Below are positions 31,477-41,392 of a stretch of 64,000 nt of DNA, in pieces. The DNA is from a bacterium. Lineage in GTDB: Bacteria; UBA8248; JACPRG01; G963555815. A program made the position numbers and the translations under genes. The notes beneath the pieces are model-generated. The model was not told where the DNA came from and did not search any database. It saw nothing but the letters and a program-made list of their open reading frames with translations. Location: positions 480,001-544,000 of the forward strand of contig CAUVWX020000001.1 in assembly GCA_963555815.3 (NCBI GenBank), read 5' to 3'. Positions within the stretch are counted from its first letter, which is position 1; every line of letters starts with the position of its first letter.

Positions 31477-32931
31477 TCACTCCATTACCTCCGCGCAAGA
31501 ACAGATGGTGTTTCGCCCCTCTTCCTTGGCCCACTCCAGCGCTCGAAGCCCTTGAAGGACGAGCTGCCCCTCTGTGCGACCGTCCTCTGGAAAGCTGCTG
31601 AGGCCGATGTGGGCCCTGAGGCGGACTTGAGGGCCCTGGGAAGGGAAGATGGTCTCCTCGACGACCTCCCGGAGCCTCTCGGCGAGGGTCCGCGCCGCCT
31701 CGGGACTCGCCCCCTCCAGGGCGAGGAGGAACCTCTGTCCTTGAAAGCATGTCACTAGGTCCGGGTCCTCCGCAAACTGTCGGTGAAGGAGCGCCAGCTC
31801 CTTGAGGAGCCCATCTCCCAGCCAAGCCTCCCGACCCGGGTCGGGAAATTCCACGGCCTCGACGGCCAGCAGGGCAAGGAACCCTTTTTGCTCGGCTGTC
31901 CGATCCAGTGCGGCCCTGAGATGGGTCCGAAAACGGCGGTAGTTCGGAAGGCCCGTGAGGCGGTCCACCTCGGCCAGGCTCCGCCACTTGGCATGCATTC
32001 TGGTGTTGGCGAGGCCCAGGGACAGCAGGTGCTGGACCAGTTCGGCCGCCGCAAGCTCCCGATCCAAAAATCCCCCCGGTCTCCAGCGGGTGAAGGCGAG
32101 GACGCCGAGGAAATCCTCTGCCACCCGAAGAGGGAGACCGAGGAAAGAGGCCACGGGCCACGCCGGCTCTTCGGGATGGATGAGGTGACTCTTGCCCCGC
32201 TCTCGGCTCAGGGTCTGCAGATGAAGGACCTCCCCGTGGGAGAGGACCCAGCCCACGAGGCTTCGGTCGACGTCGACCGGGCGTCCCTCCAGGGGGTCCT
32301 CCGAGCGGCAGATACAGCGGGCCACTTCAAAGCGGTCCTCCCCGGGGGCCCGCAGGGCGATGAGGCAGGCATCATAGTCCAGGAGTTTCTTTGGCAGGTT
32401 GCAAGCGGAGTCGAGGAAGGCCTCCTCATCGCAGGAATGGGTGAGGGCCCTCGCGTAGTCTCGCATATCGGAAAGGGAGATGGCCCCCCGGCCAATCTGC
32501 CGGTAGACGTCAGAGTTCTCCAGCAGGTAGGAGATGAGCCGCGAAAAGCCAAGGAGGATCTTTTGAACCTTGGGGGTGAAGACATACTGACGCTTGCTGT
32601 CTATGCAGAGGACGCCGGTCCCCTCTGGGGTGCGAATCGGGACGGCCATGAAAGATTTAATGTCCTCTGGCCCGCTGTAGAGGCCGAGGGCAGAGATGTC
32701 GTGCTTAAACTCCACGGAATTCAAGGGTTCGCCGTGTTCGGCCACCCAGCCGACAAGCCCCTGCCCGCGCGCAATACGGGCATCGGTCGTCAGATGGTCG
32801 CTGAGGGTGTGATAGATCCTGAGAGACAGCATCCCCTCCGCGGGGCTGGGGAGAAAAACCCCCGCCGTGAAGGCGTCTGTGACGTTGCTGACGAGCTCGA
32901 TCAGGCTTTGGAAGTCTTGCTCAAACTTCAT
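31477..32931 (-). CDS. GAF-GAF-degenerate GGDEF protein
   Basis: Two GAF domains (GLVGWV / SLVGWV), DRLTGLPNYR, AKEEGRN; GGDEF loop replaced by FQGQRF. Confidence 0.85.
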   Translation of the reverse strand: MKFEQDFQSLIELVSNVTDAFTAGVFLPSPAEGMLSLRIYHTLSDHLTTDARIARGQGLVGWVAEHGEPLNSVEFKHDISALGLYSGPEDIKSFMAVPIRTPEGTGVLCIDSKRQYVFTPKVQKILLGFSRLISYLLENSDVYRQIGRGAISLSDMRDYARALTHSCDEEAFLDSACNLPKKLLDYDACLIALRAPGEDRFEVARCICRSEDPLEGRPVDVDRSLVGWVLSHGEVLHLQTLSRERGKSHLIHPEEPAWPVASFLGLPLRVAEDFLGVLAFTRWRPGGFLDRELAAAELVQHLLSLGLANTRMHAKWRSLAEVDRLTGLPNYRRFRTHLRAALDRTAEQKGFLALLAVEAVEFPDPGREAWLGDGLLKELALLHRQFAEDPDLVTCFQGQRFLLALEGASPEAARTLAERLREVVEETIFPSQGPQVRLRAHIGLSSFPEDGRTEGQLVLQGLRALEWAKEEGRNTICSCAEVME

Positions 32932-33134
32932 CTAAGAGGGACTTGCAGAAGGCATCAGCTGAGGCACCCAGGACGGTAGAAAACTAACACCATCCGTCTT
33001 CCATGACAAGGGATTTTAAGAGATGGGACTTTTTCAAGGCGCCAGTCGGTTCTCACTCTCGCCCCTCCTCGTCTATAATGACTGAAAAATGACTGAAAGC
33101 TTCCCCATGGATGACTTCCCACCGGAGGTGACGG

Positions 33135-33515
33135 ATGATTGTCGGCATAGGGACTGACCTCGTCGATGTGGCGAGGCTTCAATCGGCGGGCACGCGATAC
33201 GGGACGCGGTTCTTCCGCCGGGTGTTCACATCCGCCGAGATCGCCTATTGCGAATCCCGCCCGCGAAAATACACGCACTATGCCGCCCGCTTCGCTGCCA
33301 AAGAGGCCGCTTTTAAGGCCCTGGGCAAGGGCTGGCCTCATGGTGGCCTCTCGTGGACGGAGATCGAGGTCCTCCCCGCCGAGGGGGGCCGTCCAGACCT
33401 TCATCTGTACGGTGCCGCAGAGCGAAGAGCCCACTCGCTCGGCGTCAGAAAGGCCCACGTGAGCCTCTCCCACACTGACGAGATGGCCCTCGCCGAGGTC
33501 ATCCTGGAAGACTAA
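33135..33515 (+). CDS. acpS: Holo-[acyl-carrier-protein] synthase
   Basis: GIGTDLV, ARFAAKEAAFKALG, HVSLSH. Confidence 0.96.
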   Translation: MIVGIGTDLVDVARLQSAGTRYGTRFFRRVFTSAEIAYCESRPRKYTHYAARFAAKEAAFKALGKGWPHGGLSWTEIEVLPAEGGRPDLHLYGAAERRAHSLGVRKAHVSLSHTDEMALAEVILED

Positions 33516-33560
33516 AGCGTCTCCAGTAAAAGGGGAAAAGGCGCTGCGTTCCCGAAGGGG

Positions 33561-34730
33561 CTAGACCCGCATGGGCATGATAACGCAGAGGTATTCCTCT
33601 TGACTCGGTGCTTTCTTCTTCTTCCCCTTGCCGGAGGGGGGTTTCTCTTGGCCTTCGGTTCCATCGGGCCGGAAAAGGCCTGGACTCAGAGGGTCATTGA
33701 GCGCGACTTGAACTGACTCGGTTTCAATGGCGTTCAGAAAGTCCAGGACATATCTGGCGTTGAATCCGACGGTGACCTCCTCTCCCTCATAGTCCACCTC
33801 GAGGGTCTCGTGGGCCTCCCCGAGCTCCCGAGCGTCGGTGAGCAGGGAGAGGGTCTTCGGCTCCAGTTTGAACTTGACCATGCGGGACCTCTCGTCGGCC
33901 ATCTGAGACACCCGGCGAAGCCCTCCCCAGAGAGCGGCACGGGAGAGGGAGACCTTTCGCTCGTTCTGGCTGGGGATGACCTGGCGGTAATTGGGGAACT
34001 GGCCCTCGATGAGCCTTGAGACGATCAGTAAGGAACCCAAGGCGAATAGAACGTGATTTTCCTGAACCTGTACGCGGACGGAGTCTTTCACCTCAGAGAG
34101 GAGTTTTAGCAGTTCGGCGACGGCCTTGCGGTGGACGATGAATCCAACCGGCTCTTGAATGGACTCACAGGCCCGGGAGATGAAGGCCAGCCGGTGCCCA
34201 TCGGTTGCCACCAGGCTCAGGCGCTTCTTTTCTCCCTCCAAGAAGACCCCGTTGAGGGCGTGACGGGTCTCGTCCGTCGAGATGGCGAACATGGTTTTCC
34301 GGAGCATCTCCGCCAGATCCTGGGCCTTCAGGTCAAATGTGGACCCTTCCTGCAGGGAGGGGACCGCGGGGAAATCCTCTGCTGGAAGCCCCGGGAACCG
34401 GAAGACGCTTTTTGCGCACGTGAGGCGCAGCCATTGATTCTCTTCCAACTTGAGGGAGACCTCGGCGGAGGGGAGTTCTTTGACGATGTCAAAGACCTTT
34501 CGGGCAGGGAGGGTGATCTGGCCCGGGGAAAGGATCTCGGCCTCGTAGGTCCCCTGGAAGCTAATATCCAGGTCGGTGGCGGAGACGACCACCTTGCCCT
34601 CCTTCTTTTTTTGAGGCACCTGGAGGAGGAAGTTTTGAAGGATGGGCATGGCGCTGGTGCGGGTCTCGACGATCCCCTGCACTCGGGCGAGCGCTTTCTG
34701 AAGCTGCTCTTTGGAGATCTTGAGGTCCAT
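33561..34730 (-). CDS. dnaN: DNA polymerase III beta sliding clamp
   Basis: ATDLD, LNGVF, VATDGHRL, RLIEGQFPNY, GFNARY, VIMPMRV. Confidence 0.96.
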   Translation of the reverse strand: MDLKISKEQLQKALARVQGIVETRTSAMPILQNFLLQVPQKKKEGKVVVSATDLDISFQGTYEAEILSPGQITLPARKVFDIVKELPSAEVSLKLEENQWLRLTCAKSVFRFPGLPAEDFPAVPSLQEGSTFDLKAQDLAEMLRKTMFAISTDETRHALNGVFLEGEKKRLSLVATDGHRLAFISRACESIQEPVGFIVHRKAVAELLKLLSEVKDSVRVQVQENHVLFALGSLLIVSRLIEGQFPNYRQVIPSQNERKVSLSRAALWGGLRRVSQMADERSRMVKFKLEPKTLSLLTDARELGEAHETLEVDYEGEEVTVGFNARYVLDFLNAIETESVQVALNDPLSPGLFRPDGTEGQEKPPSGKGKKKKAPSQEEYLCVIMPMRV

Positions 34731-34816
34731 GATTCCCCTGGAGGCTGTCGCTCTTGGAACCTACGCGATAACCGCGCTCGGTTTAGATCCCCTTTGAGGG
34801 AAGCGGTGGGTTGCCT

Positions 34817-37174
34817 TTAGGGCTCGATAGCGGTCTCCGCCTGAAGCGGTTCAGCCGCCCGGGATCCGACAATGGGAATGATCACCCGTTCCCCCGTGCT
34901 CAACCGGGAAAGGATTTTGTCAAAATTATATCTGGCCACGAGCCAGAAGGGAACCCCATAGCGTTGACGGGCGAGGTCCCAGATATTCTCCCCGGTCTGG
35001 AGGGCGTGGAGCTGGGTCCCCTCGACCTGGTAGACCTCAAAGAAGTCCTCTTCTAGCCCCCTGTGATACTCAAGCCGTCTTGCCTCGAACACCTCCACGC
35101 CCACTTTTTCAAAGGTGAGTGAGATCCGCTGTCCGACCTGAATGGCCCTCCCGCGCCTGAGCCTGTTCAGGCGTCGGAGGGCCTGGGTCTTCACCTCAAG
35201 CCAATCGGCAAAATGGCCCAGGGTCTCCGCCGGCTCAACGATGATCCAGCCCCGCTCCCTGGAGGTTTCTGGAAATCCAACCTCGGAGATGGCGAGAGGA
35301 GAGGGAGGCGGGGCCTCCTCCTCGGCCGGGGGCACCTTCGGGCTCCCGTCTGACGGGACGGTTTCCTTTTCCAAGGCCTCGTCAGGGATCTTCTCAGGGA
35401 TGTCCTCTTGGACAGTCACAATCTCCTCTTTCTCAGGTTTCTCAGAAGGTTTTAAAGGGCTCGGTTTCGGCTCATCCTGTTCAAGACGGGCCAGCATCGT
35501 TCTCTCCACCCCGGGGATGGCGAGGACCACCCCTTTGCGGACGTGGTTCGGGTTCCGAAGGCCGTTGGCGGCCATAAGGGCCTTGACGGAGGTCCCAAAG
35601 AGGCGGGCGATCTCGGTCAGCGTATCCCCCCTTCGCACTTGATACGACTGAGGACGCTCCCGCTTGATGGACGCCTGCGTCGAGGGAATGGTCAGAACCG
35701 TCCCTTTACGAACGTGGTTCGGGTTCCGAAGGTTGTTGGCGGCCATGAGGGCGTTGACGGAGGTCCCAAAGAGGCGGGCGATCTTGCTAAGCGTATCTCC
35801 CCTTTGGACTCTATACGACCCGGGGCGGCCTTGTTCTTTGGACCCCTGCCCTGAGGGGATGGCGAGGACCGCCCCTTTCCGGATGCGGTCCGGGTCTCGG
35901 ATATCGTTGACCGCCACAAGGGCGTTGAGGGAAGTCCCGAAGAGGCGGGCGATCTTGATGAGCGTATCTCCCCGCCGGACTCGATACCACTGGTCTCGCT
36001 GTTGGCTTCTCGACTTTTCCTCGGAAGGAATGGCGGCATAGGCCCTGGCGATCTCTTCTCCACTCCCCGGAGGCACCCGAAGGGGATAGCCTCTCGGGAG
36101 ATACCGCCTTCCATCCAGGATAGGACGGCGAAGGGCCGGGTTCAGCGCTCGGATCTCCTCCTGCCCCAGGCCAAGGTGCCGGGTGATGGTCTCCATTCCA
36201 ATGTAGTCAGGAATTTCGAAAACATCGAATTTCAAGGGAGACGCAAAGGGAACCCCGCCGAAATATTTTTCTGGGTGATTGTCGACCTCTCTTGCCGCCA
36301 GAAATTCGGCGTAAAAATTCTTCGAGGCGAAGCCGAAGACCCGCCCCCTGTAGCGTCGGATAATGGTGGAAAGGTCTTTGGTCCCCACCGTGCGGACGGC
36401 TTTTTTCATCCCTCCGAGGCCATGGTTATAGGCTGTTACGGCGAGGGGCCAGCTCCCCAGTTCCGCAAAGTTCACTTTCAGGAGTTTTGCCGCCGCTTCA
36501 GTGGCGAGAATGGGGTCCCGGCGCTCATCGATGGCGTAATTGATGGTGAGGAACCTTCGGCCCGTGTCCCGCGTGAACTGCCAGATCCCCGCAGCCCCGT
36601 ATCTGGAAAGGGCGTGGATCTGAAAGGAGGACTCCACATGGGCGATGGCGATGAGATCCTCCGGCAGGCCGTGCTGGCGAAAGATCTCCTTCATGCGGTC
36701 CAGATAAAGCCCGGACCGGACAAGGCCCTCGCGGAACCTCTCTTTAAGTCCCAGTTGCCCGCGAATGTTCTTTCGGGCCTCCTGCAGGCTGTAGCCGCGC
36801 TCCGGGCGCGTCAGCTCGAGATAAATCCGCCTCTGGGGGCTCGACAGCTGCGAGGGGTCGGGCGAGTGTTTCCTCCAGGAGTCAAGGAGCTCACGGTAGC
36901 GCCTCTTGGCTCGACGAGTCGCGGCCTCCCGCCGTTTGGGGCTGACCTTGCCTGAAGGGCCGCGCCCATCAAGCTGGATGACTTCATAGACCAGGTCCAG
37001 GTGATCGGTATCGTGGATGACAACCTGATTCCTGCCGTACTTGGTGAAGATGTCGATCCAAAATTTTTGAGCCGTCTCCAGACCCTTGGGAGTGAGAAAG
37101 GCATCCTGCGCCCCGCCGAGGCCAGGGAAAAGGAGACTGAGGGAGATGAAGAAGAGAAAGAGGCGAATCCACAT
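34817..37174 (-). CDS. MltD-like lytic transglycosylase with multiple LysM domains
   Basis: Signal peptide, HVESSF, AAGIWQF, TAYNHG; three tandem GDTL LysM domains plus degenerate C-terminal ones. Confidence 0.92.
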   Translation of the reverse strand: MWIRLFLFFISLSLLFPGLGGAQDAFLTPKGLETAQKFWIDIFTKYGRNQVVIHDTDHLDLVYEVIQLDGRGPSGKVSPKRREAATRRAKRRYRELLDSWRKHSPDPSQLSSPQRRIYLELTRPERGYSLQEARKNIRGQLGLKERFREGLVRSGLYLDRMKEIFRQHGLPEDLIAIAHVESSFQIHALSRYGAAGIWQFTRDTGRRFLTINYAIDERRDPILATEAAAKLLKVNFAELGSWPLAVTAYNHGLGGMKKAVRTVGTKDLSTIIRRYRGRVFGFASKNFYAEFLAAREVDNHPEKYFGGVPFASPLKFDVFEIPDYIGMETITRHLGLGQEEIRALNPALRRPILDGRRYLPRGYPLRVPPGSGEEIARAYAAIPSEEKSRSQQRDQWYRVRRGDTLIKIARLFGTSLNALVAVNDIRDPDRIRKGAVLAIPSGQGSKEQGRPGSYRVQRGDTLSKIARLFGTSVNALMAANNLRNPNHVRKGTVLTIPSTQASIKRERPQSYQVRRGDTLTEIARLFGTSVKALMAANGLRNPNHVRKGVVLAIPGVERTMLARLEQDEPKPSPLKPSEKPEKEEIVTVQEDIPEKIPDEALEKETVPSDGSPKVPPAEEEAPPPSPLAISEVGFPETSRERGWIIVEPAETLGHFADWLEVKTQALRRLNRLRRGRAIQVGQRISLTFEKVGVEVFEARRLEYHRGLEEDFFEVYQVEGTQLHALQTGENIWDLARQRYGVPFWLVARYNFDKILSRLSTGERVIIPIVGSRAAEPLQAETAIEP
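35511..35990 (-). repeat. Three tandem LysM-coding repeats, 171-bp period
   Basis: Homologous CGTATC positions at 35621, 35792, 35963; near-identical IARLFGTS..AL units. Confidence 0.85.
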
Positions 37175-37393
37175 CAAAACAGGGTTCCTCCGAGGGAAAT
37201 TTCATCAAGCGGCAGGGGCCGGACAAGATTTCCAACCGGCGGTCAAGAATTAACAGAAACGAGCCGAGGCGTCAAGGGGAAGGAGAGGGGTTTGACTGGT
37301 AGAGGAATTCTTTGCGATGACTTAAAGGGAACCTGTGGGCAGGAAAGCTTGTAATATCCAGCGTGCAATCGAACTCGCTGCGTATCTCTTTTT

Positions 37394-37711
37394 CTAATCC
37401 CAAAAATACGGGCGGTCTTCAGGACGGACCTCGGGACGTTCTTTGAGACGCTTCTTGAACTCCTCTTTGGCCTCCTCTTTTTTCTTCTTCTGGGCCGTGG
37501 CGAGCCCCTGAATGCCCGGGGCTTTCGGCTTATTGCGGTACTCCGCGAAGGGGTCTGCGATGTGACGCTCGACCGTCACCTGCTTTCCCCGGACTTTGAT
37601 CTTGACCTCTTTCCCAGGGGCGACGCCAAGGGCCCCAAGGGCCTTTTGGGAAAGCTCTATGCGGCCCTCCTTATCCACCGACGCGATCTCGACGTGCTCT
37701 TTCGGCTCCAT
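37394..37711 (-). CDS. AbrB/MazE/SpoVT-like DNA-binding domain protein
   Basis: VDKEGRIEL...LGVAPGKEV pattern of swapped-hairpin domains. Confidence 0.65.
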   Translation of the reverse strand: MEPKEHVEIASVDKEGRIELSQKALGALGVAPGKEVKIKVRGKQVTVERHIADPFAEYRNKPKAPGIQGLATAQKKKKEEAKEEFKKRLKERPEVRPEDRPYFWD

Positions 37712-37875
37712 AAAACAAGAATATAGACACGGGCTGACTGTCTGTCCAGGGCGCATCCAGGCGATCACGGCCCAGGACCAAAATTCTCCGAAACCATATG
37801 ATATTATGAGAACTATCTGAGCCACACAGATCCCTGGCGGCTCTGAGTGTGGCCCTTCTAGAGAAGAAGGAAGAG

Positions 37876-39930
37876 ATGAACGGGGGAACCGACAAACCTG
37901 AAGTGGTCCCCCCAAAAACTTCTGCGCTTCGGACGCTCACCAAGGAGCAGCTGACAAAAATCCTTGAGGCGCATCAGAAGTGGGTGGAATCGGGGGAGAA
38001 AGAGGGGGAAAAAGCCGATCTCTCGAACACTGACCTCCGACGACGCAACCTCTCCGACACCGATCTCCGACTGGCCAATCTGAGTGGCGTTAACCTTCAA
38101 GAGGCCAATCTGCTTAAGGTCAACCTCGAAGGGGCGAGCTTGTCCAAAGCCAACCTCAAGGAGGCCAACCTGGTGAAGGCCAACCTTAAGGGAGCGAATC
38201 TGGATGAGGTCAACCTCAAGGAGGCCAACCTGACCGGGGCCAACCTCGAAGGGGCCAGTCTGAGGAGGGCCAAGCTCCAGAGGGCCAGCCTGAACGAGGC
38301 CGAGCTCCAGGGGGCCTTCCTCCACGAGACCAATCTCGATCATGCCGACCTCCACGGGGCCAGCCTGACTGATACAGACTTCCGGGGGTCAAACCTGAAG
38401 GGGGCCAGCCTCCAGGGGGTCGTAAACTTCTCAGGGGTGAAATTGGGCGGGGCCAACCTGGACGCAGTGACGCTCCCTGGTGACCTTCACAGGTTTGAGC
38501 CTCTGAGAATTGTTGATGAGGCATCCAAAAGCGCGCGAAAAATCTTCCTCACGATGCTGCTGGCATGCCTCTATGCCCTGCTGACTATTGCCACGACGAC
38601 AGACACCCGGCTCCTGACCAACTCTGCCTCCTCGCCCCTTCCCATCCTCGGGACCGCGATCCCCATCGTCTGGTTCTACTTAGCAGTGCCCCTCCTCCTT
38701 CTTGGCCACTACATTTATTTCCATGTCCACCTATTGCGCCTGTGGGAAGGTCTGGCGGATCTTCCCGCTGTCTTCCCCGACGGGAGGCCGCTAGATAAGC
38801 GGGTCTACCCCTGGCTCCTGAATTGTCTTGTGCGGGCCCATTTCCCGCTGCTGAGGAAAAACCGCCCGCCACTTTCTCGCCTGCAGGTGCATATCTCCTT
38901 CGTCCTTGGCTGGTGGGTCGTCCCGGCAACGCTCCTTCTCTTCTGGACGAGATATCTCCCCCGCCACGAATGGGCCGGGACCTGGTTTCATTTGGCCCTT
39001 CTGGCGATTTCAGCCTTTTGCGCTCTTTGGTTCCTCCAGCTCGCAAGGAGAACGCTTCGCGGCGAGGAGTTAATCCCTGTTCGTCTCAAGGGAAGATGGA
39101 GGGCCTGGGGACCATACACATCGGCCTTGAGGAGGATTTACGCGCCCTCTGCGATAGCCCTTGGCATCGGCGCCATCTTTTCTTTGTTCGCCCTCGGAGC
39201 GATTGATGGCGTTCCCCCTGCCTACTTCGCCCCTCCTGCTCGCTTCATACGGCAGGCCACTGCGCCTATCGCCCCCGACCTGAAACCGATCAACATCCGG
39301 AGATGGGTGCCAGGCGCCTTCGCGCTCATTGGCCTCAGCCCCTTCGCGGACTTCAGCGAGGTAGAGGTTTCAACCAAGCCCCCAAACTGGACGGGGCAGA
39401 ACGAAGATGAGATTGCCCTGGTGAAAGGGGCCCGTCTCAGGGGAAGAGACCTGCGATACGCCGCAGGGTTTCGTTCCTTCTTAGTCAATGCCGACTTGCA
39501 GAAGGCAAAATTTCAAGGGGCCCTCCTCCACGAGGCCGACCTCCAGAGGAGCGACCTCCAGGGGGCTGACCTGCAGGAAGTCGTCCTGTTTTCGGCGAAC
39601 CTCCAGGGGGCCAACCTGCTCCAGGCCAATCTCCAGGGGGCCAACTTGCTCCAGGCCAACCTCCAAGGGGCCGTGCTTACCCAGGCCAACCTCCAAGGGG
39701 CCGATCTGCGCGGGGCCAACCTTGAGGGGGTCGATCTTCTCCTGGCCAACCTCAAGGGGGCTGACCTGACGTTTGCCGTGGGGCTCACGCCTTCTCAGCT
39801 CAGGCCCGCGGTATCTTGGGAGCTCGCCTTCTACAGCGCCAAACTCCTCAAGGAACTCGGGCTCCCGCCCGACCACAATGAGAGGCTCCCAGAGAAACTG
39901 GTCGAACTGATAGAGAAGGGCCAAAGATAA
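37876..39930 (+). CDS. Pentapeptide-repeat membrane protein
   Basis: A(N/D)LxG pentapeptide arrays at both ends flanking about 5 TM helices; start ATG 37876 or GTG 37849. Confidence 0.9.
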   Translation: MNGGTDKPEVVPPKTSALRTLTKEQLTKILEAHQKWVESGEKEGEKADLSNTDLRRRNLSDTDLRLANLSGVNLQEANLLKVNLEGASLSKANLKEANLVKANLKGANLDEVNLKEANLTGANLEGASLRRAKLQRASLNEAELQGAFLHETNLDHADLHGASLTDTDFRGSNLKGASLQGVVNFSGVKLGGANLDAVTLPGDLHRFEPLRIVDEASKSARKIFLTMLLACLYALLTIATTTDTRLLTNSASSPLPILGTAIPIVWFYLAVPLLLLGHYIYFHVHLLRLWEGLADLPAVFPDGRPLDKRVYPWLLNCLVRAHFPLLRKNRPPLSRLQVHISFVLGWWVVPATLLLFWTRYLPRHEWAGTWFHLALLAISAFCALWFLQLARRTLRGEELIPVRLKGRWRAWGPYTSALRRIYAPSAIALGIGAIFSLFALGAIDGVPPAYFAPPARFIRQATAPIAPDLKPINIRRWVPGAFALIGLSPFADFSEVEVSTKPPNWTGQNEDEIALVKGARLRGRDLRYAAGFRSFLVNADLQKAKFQGALLHEADLQRSDLQGADLQEVVLFSANLQGANLLQANLQGANLLQANLQGAVLTQANLQGADLRGANLEGVDLLLANLKGADLTFAVGLTPSQLRPAVSWELAFYSAKLLKELGLPPDHNERLPEKLVELIEKGQR

Positions 39931-40112
39931 GCCGGTTTGAACTGCGGTGAACTGGCCAAGGGTCTTCTGCCCACCCATATAATCGTCAATCATTCCTTTT
40001 TTCTCTAACAGGCTCTAGCCCTCGGGAGACACCGATATGTCTTGCCATTCGAGGGCCTAGACCCTTAGAATCAAGAGGTTTCAATCAAAAGGCATTCACT
40101 TTCTCTCTGGAG

Positions 40113-41297
40113 ATGGGCATGAAATCTTTAATTTCAGAGCGGGCTCGCGGTCTCCGCCTCTCCAAGATCCGCGAGATCTTCGAGATCGTCGCGAAGATGG
40201 AGGATGTCGTCCGGCTGGAGATCGGAGAGCCGGACTTCGACACCCCCGCCAATATCATTCAAGCGGCCAAGGACGCCCTGGACGATGGATATACCCACTA
40301 CACCTCCTCTGCCGGGATCTTGGAGCTCCGGGAGGCCATCGCCCGAAAGCTCGCCCGCGAAAATAGGATAACGGTGGACGCGGCCACCCAAGTGGCCGTC
40401 ACGACAGGAGCGACGTCCGCCCTCTTTCTCACCATTCAGGCCACGGTCAACCCGGGAGAAGAAGTCCTTCTTCCCGACCCGGGCTGGCCCCCTTACGCGT
40501 CCATCGTCCAGCTGACGGGGGCCACCCCCGTCTTGTATCCCCTCCTGGAGAAGGAGGGCTTTCGGGCCAGGGCCCACCTGATTGAACCCCTCATCACCCC
40601 CAGGACGAAGGTCCTCCTGGTGAATTCGCCGAGCAACCCGACCGGCGCCGTCCTGGACCGGGAGGGCATGGAGGCCATCTGTGAGCTGGCGAAGAAACGG
40701 GACCTCCTCGTCATCTCTGATGAGGTCTATGAGCGGATTGTCTTCGACCCTCACGTCCATCACTCCCTTGCCACCCTTCCTGGGATGACCGAGCGGGCCA
40801 TCACGGTGAACTCGGTCTCGAAGACCTACGCGATGACCGGCTGGCGGATAGGATTTGCCGCAGGTCCAGCCGAAGTCATCGCCCCCATACCGAAGCTCCA
40901 GCTCTATGCGAACTGCCACCCCACCGCGGCCGCCCAAAAGGCCTGCGTTGCCGCCTACGACGGGTCAGAATCCACCGTCCAGGAGATGGTGAAAAGCTAC
41001 CAGCTTCGGCGAGACTACATGGCGAAGAATCTGAATGAGCTCCCCGGCATCAAATGCCCCACCCCCGGGGGCGCCTTCTATCTCTTCCCCAACATCGAAG
41101 GGACGGGGATGGACTCGATGACCTTCGCCAAACACCTTCTGGAGAAGGGGAAGGTGGCCTCAGTCCCCGGAGACGGTTTTGGGCCCCACGGGCAGGGGTA
41201 TATTCGCCTCTGCTACGCCCAGTCCATGGAAGATCTCGAAAAGGGGGTTGAGCGGATGGGGAAGGTGACGGCGGCCCTGGCGAAGGCGGGAAGCTAA
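40113..41297 (+). CDS. Class I/II PLP-dependent aminotransferase (aspartate aminotransferase-like)
   Basis: GEPDF, NSPSNPTG, SDEVY, SKTYAMTGWRIG. Confidence 0.95.
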   Translation: MGMKSLISERARGLRLSKIREIFEIVAKMEDVVRLEIGEPDFDTPANIIQAAKDALDDGYTHYTSSAGILELREAIARKLARENRITVDAATQVAVTTGATSALFLTIQATVNPGEEVLLPDPGWPPYASIVQLTGATPVLYPLLEKEGFRARAHLIEPLITPRTKVLLVNSPSNPTGAVLDREGMEAICELAKKRDLLVISDEVYERIVFDPHVHHSLATLPGMTERAITVNSVSKTYAMTGWRIGFAAGPAEVIAPIPKLQLYANCHPTAAAQKACVAAYDGSESTVQEMVKSYQLRRDYMAKNLNELPGIKCPTPGGAFYLFPNIEGTGMDSMTFAKHLLEKGKVASVPGDGFGPHGQGYIRLCYAQSMEDLEKGVERMGKVTAALAKAGS

Positions 41298-41392
41298 GAT
41301 CGGGTTTTTGACACCCTCGCTAAACTTCTAGAAGCCCCGAAGGCCACTCTAGGCTTGAACAGGTCAGGGTCTACGGGATGGGGAAATCGGGT

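Noticed and set aside
31475..32161. Long N-terminal extension of MreB in the 570-aa ORF call
   Set aside because: It overlaps the GAF-GGDEF gene in another frame and has low-complexity Pro/Gly/Arg composition; MreB motifs begin at 31474
39530..39770. Regular 15/30-bp repeats resembling an array (also 38010-38460)
   Set aside because: They encode pentapeptide repeats in frame and have no unique spacers, so this is not CRISPR
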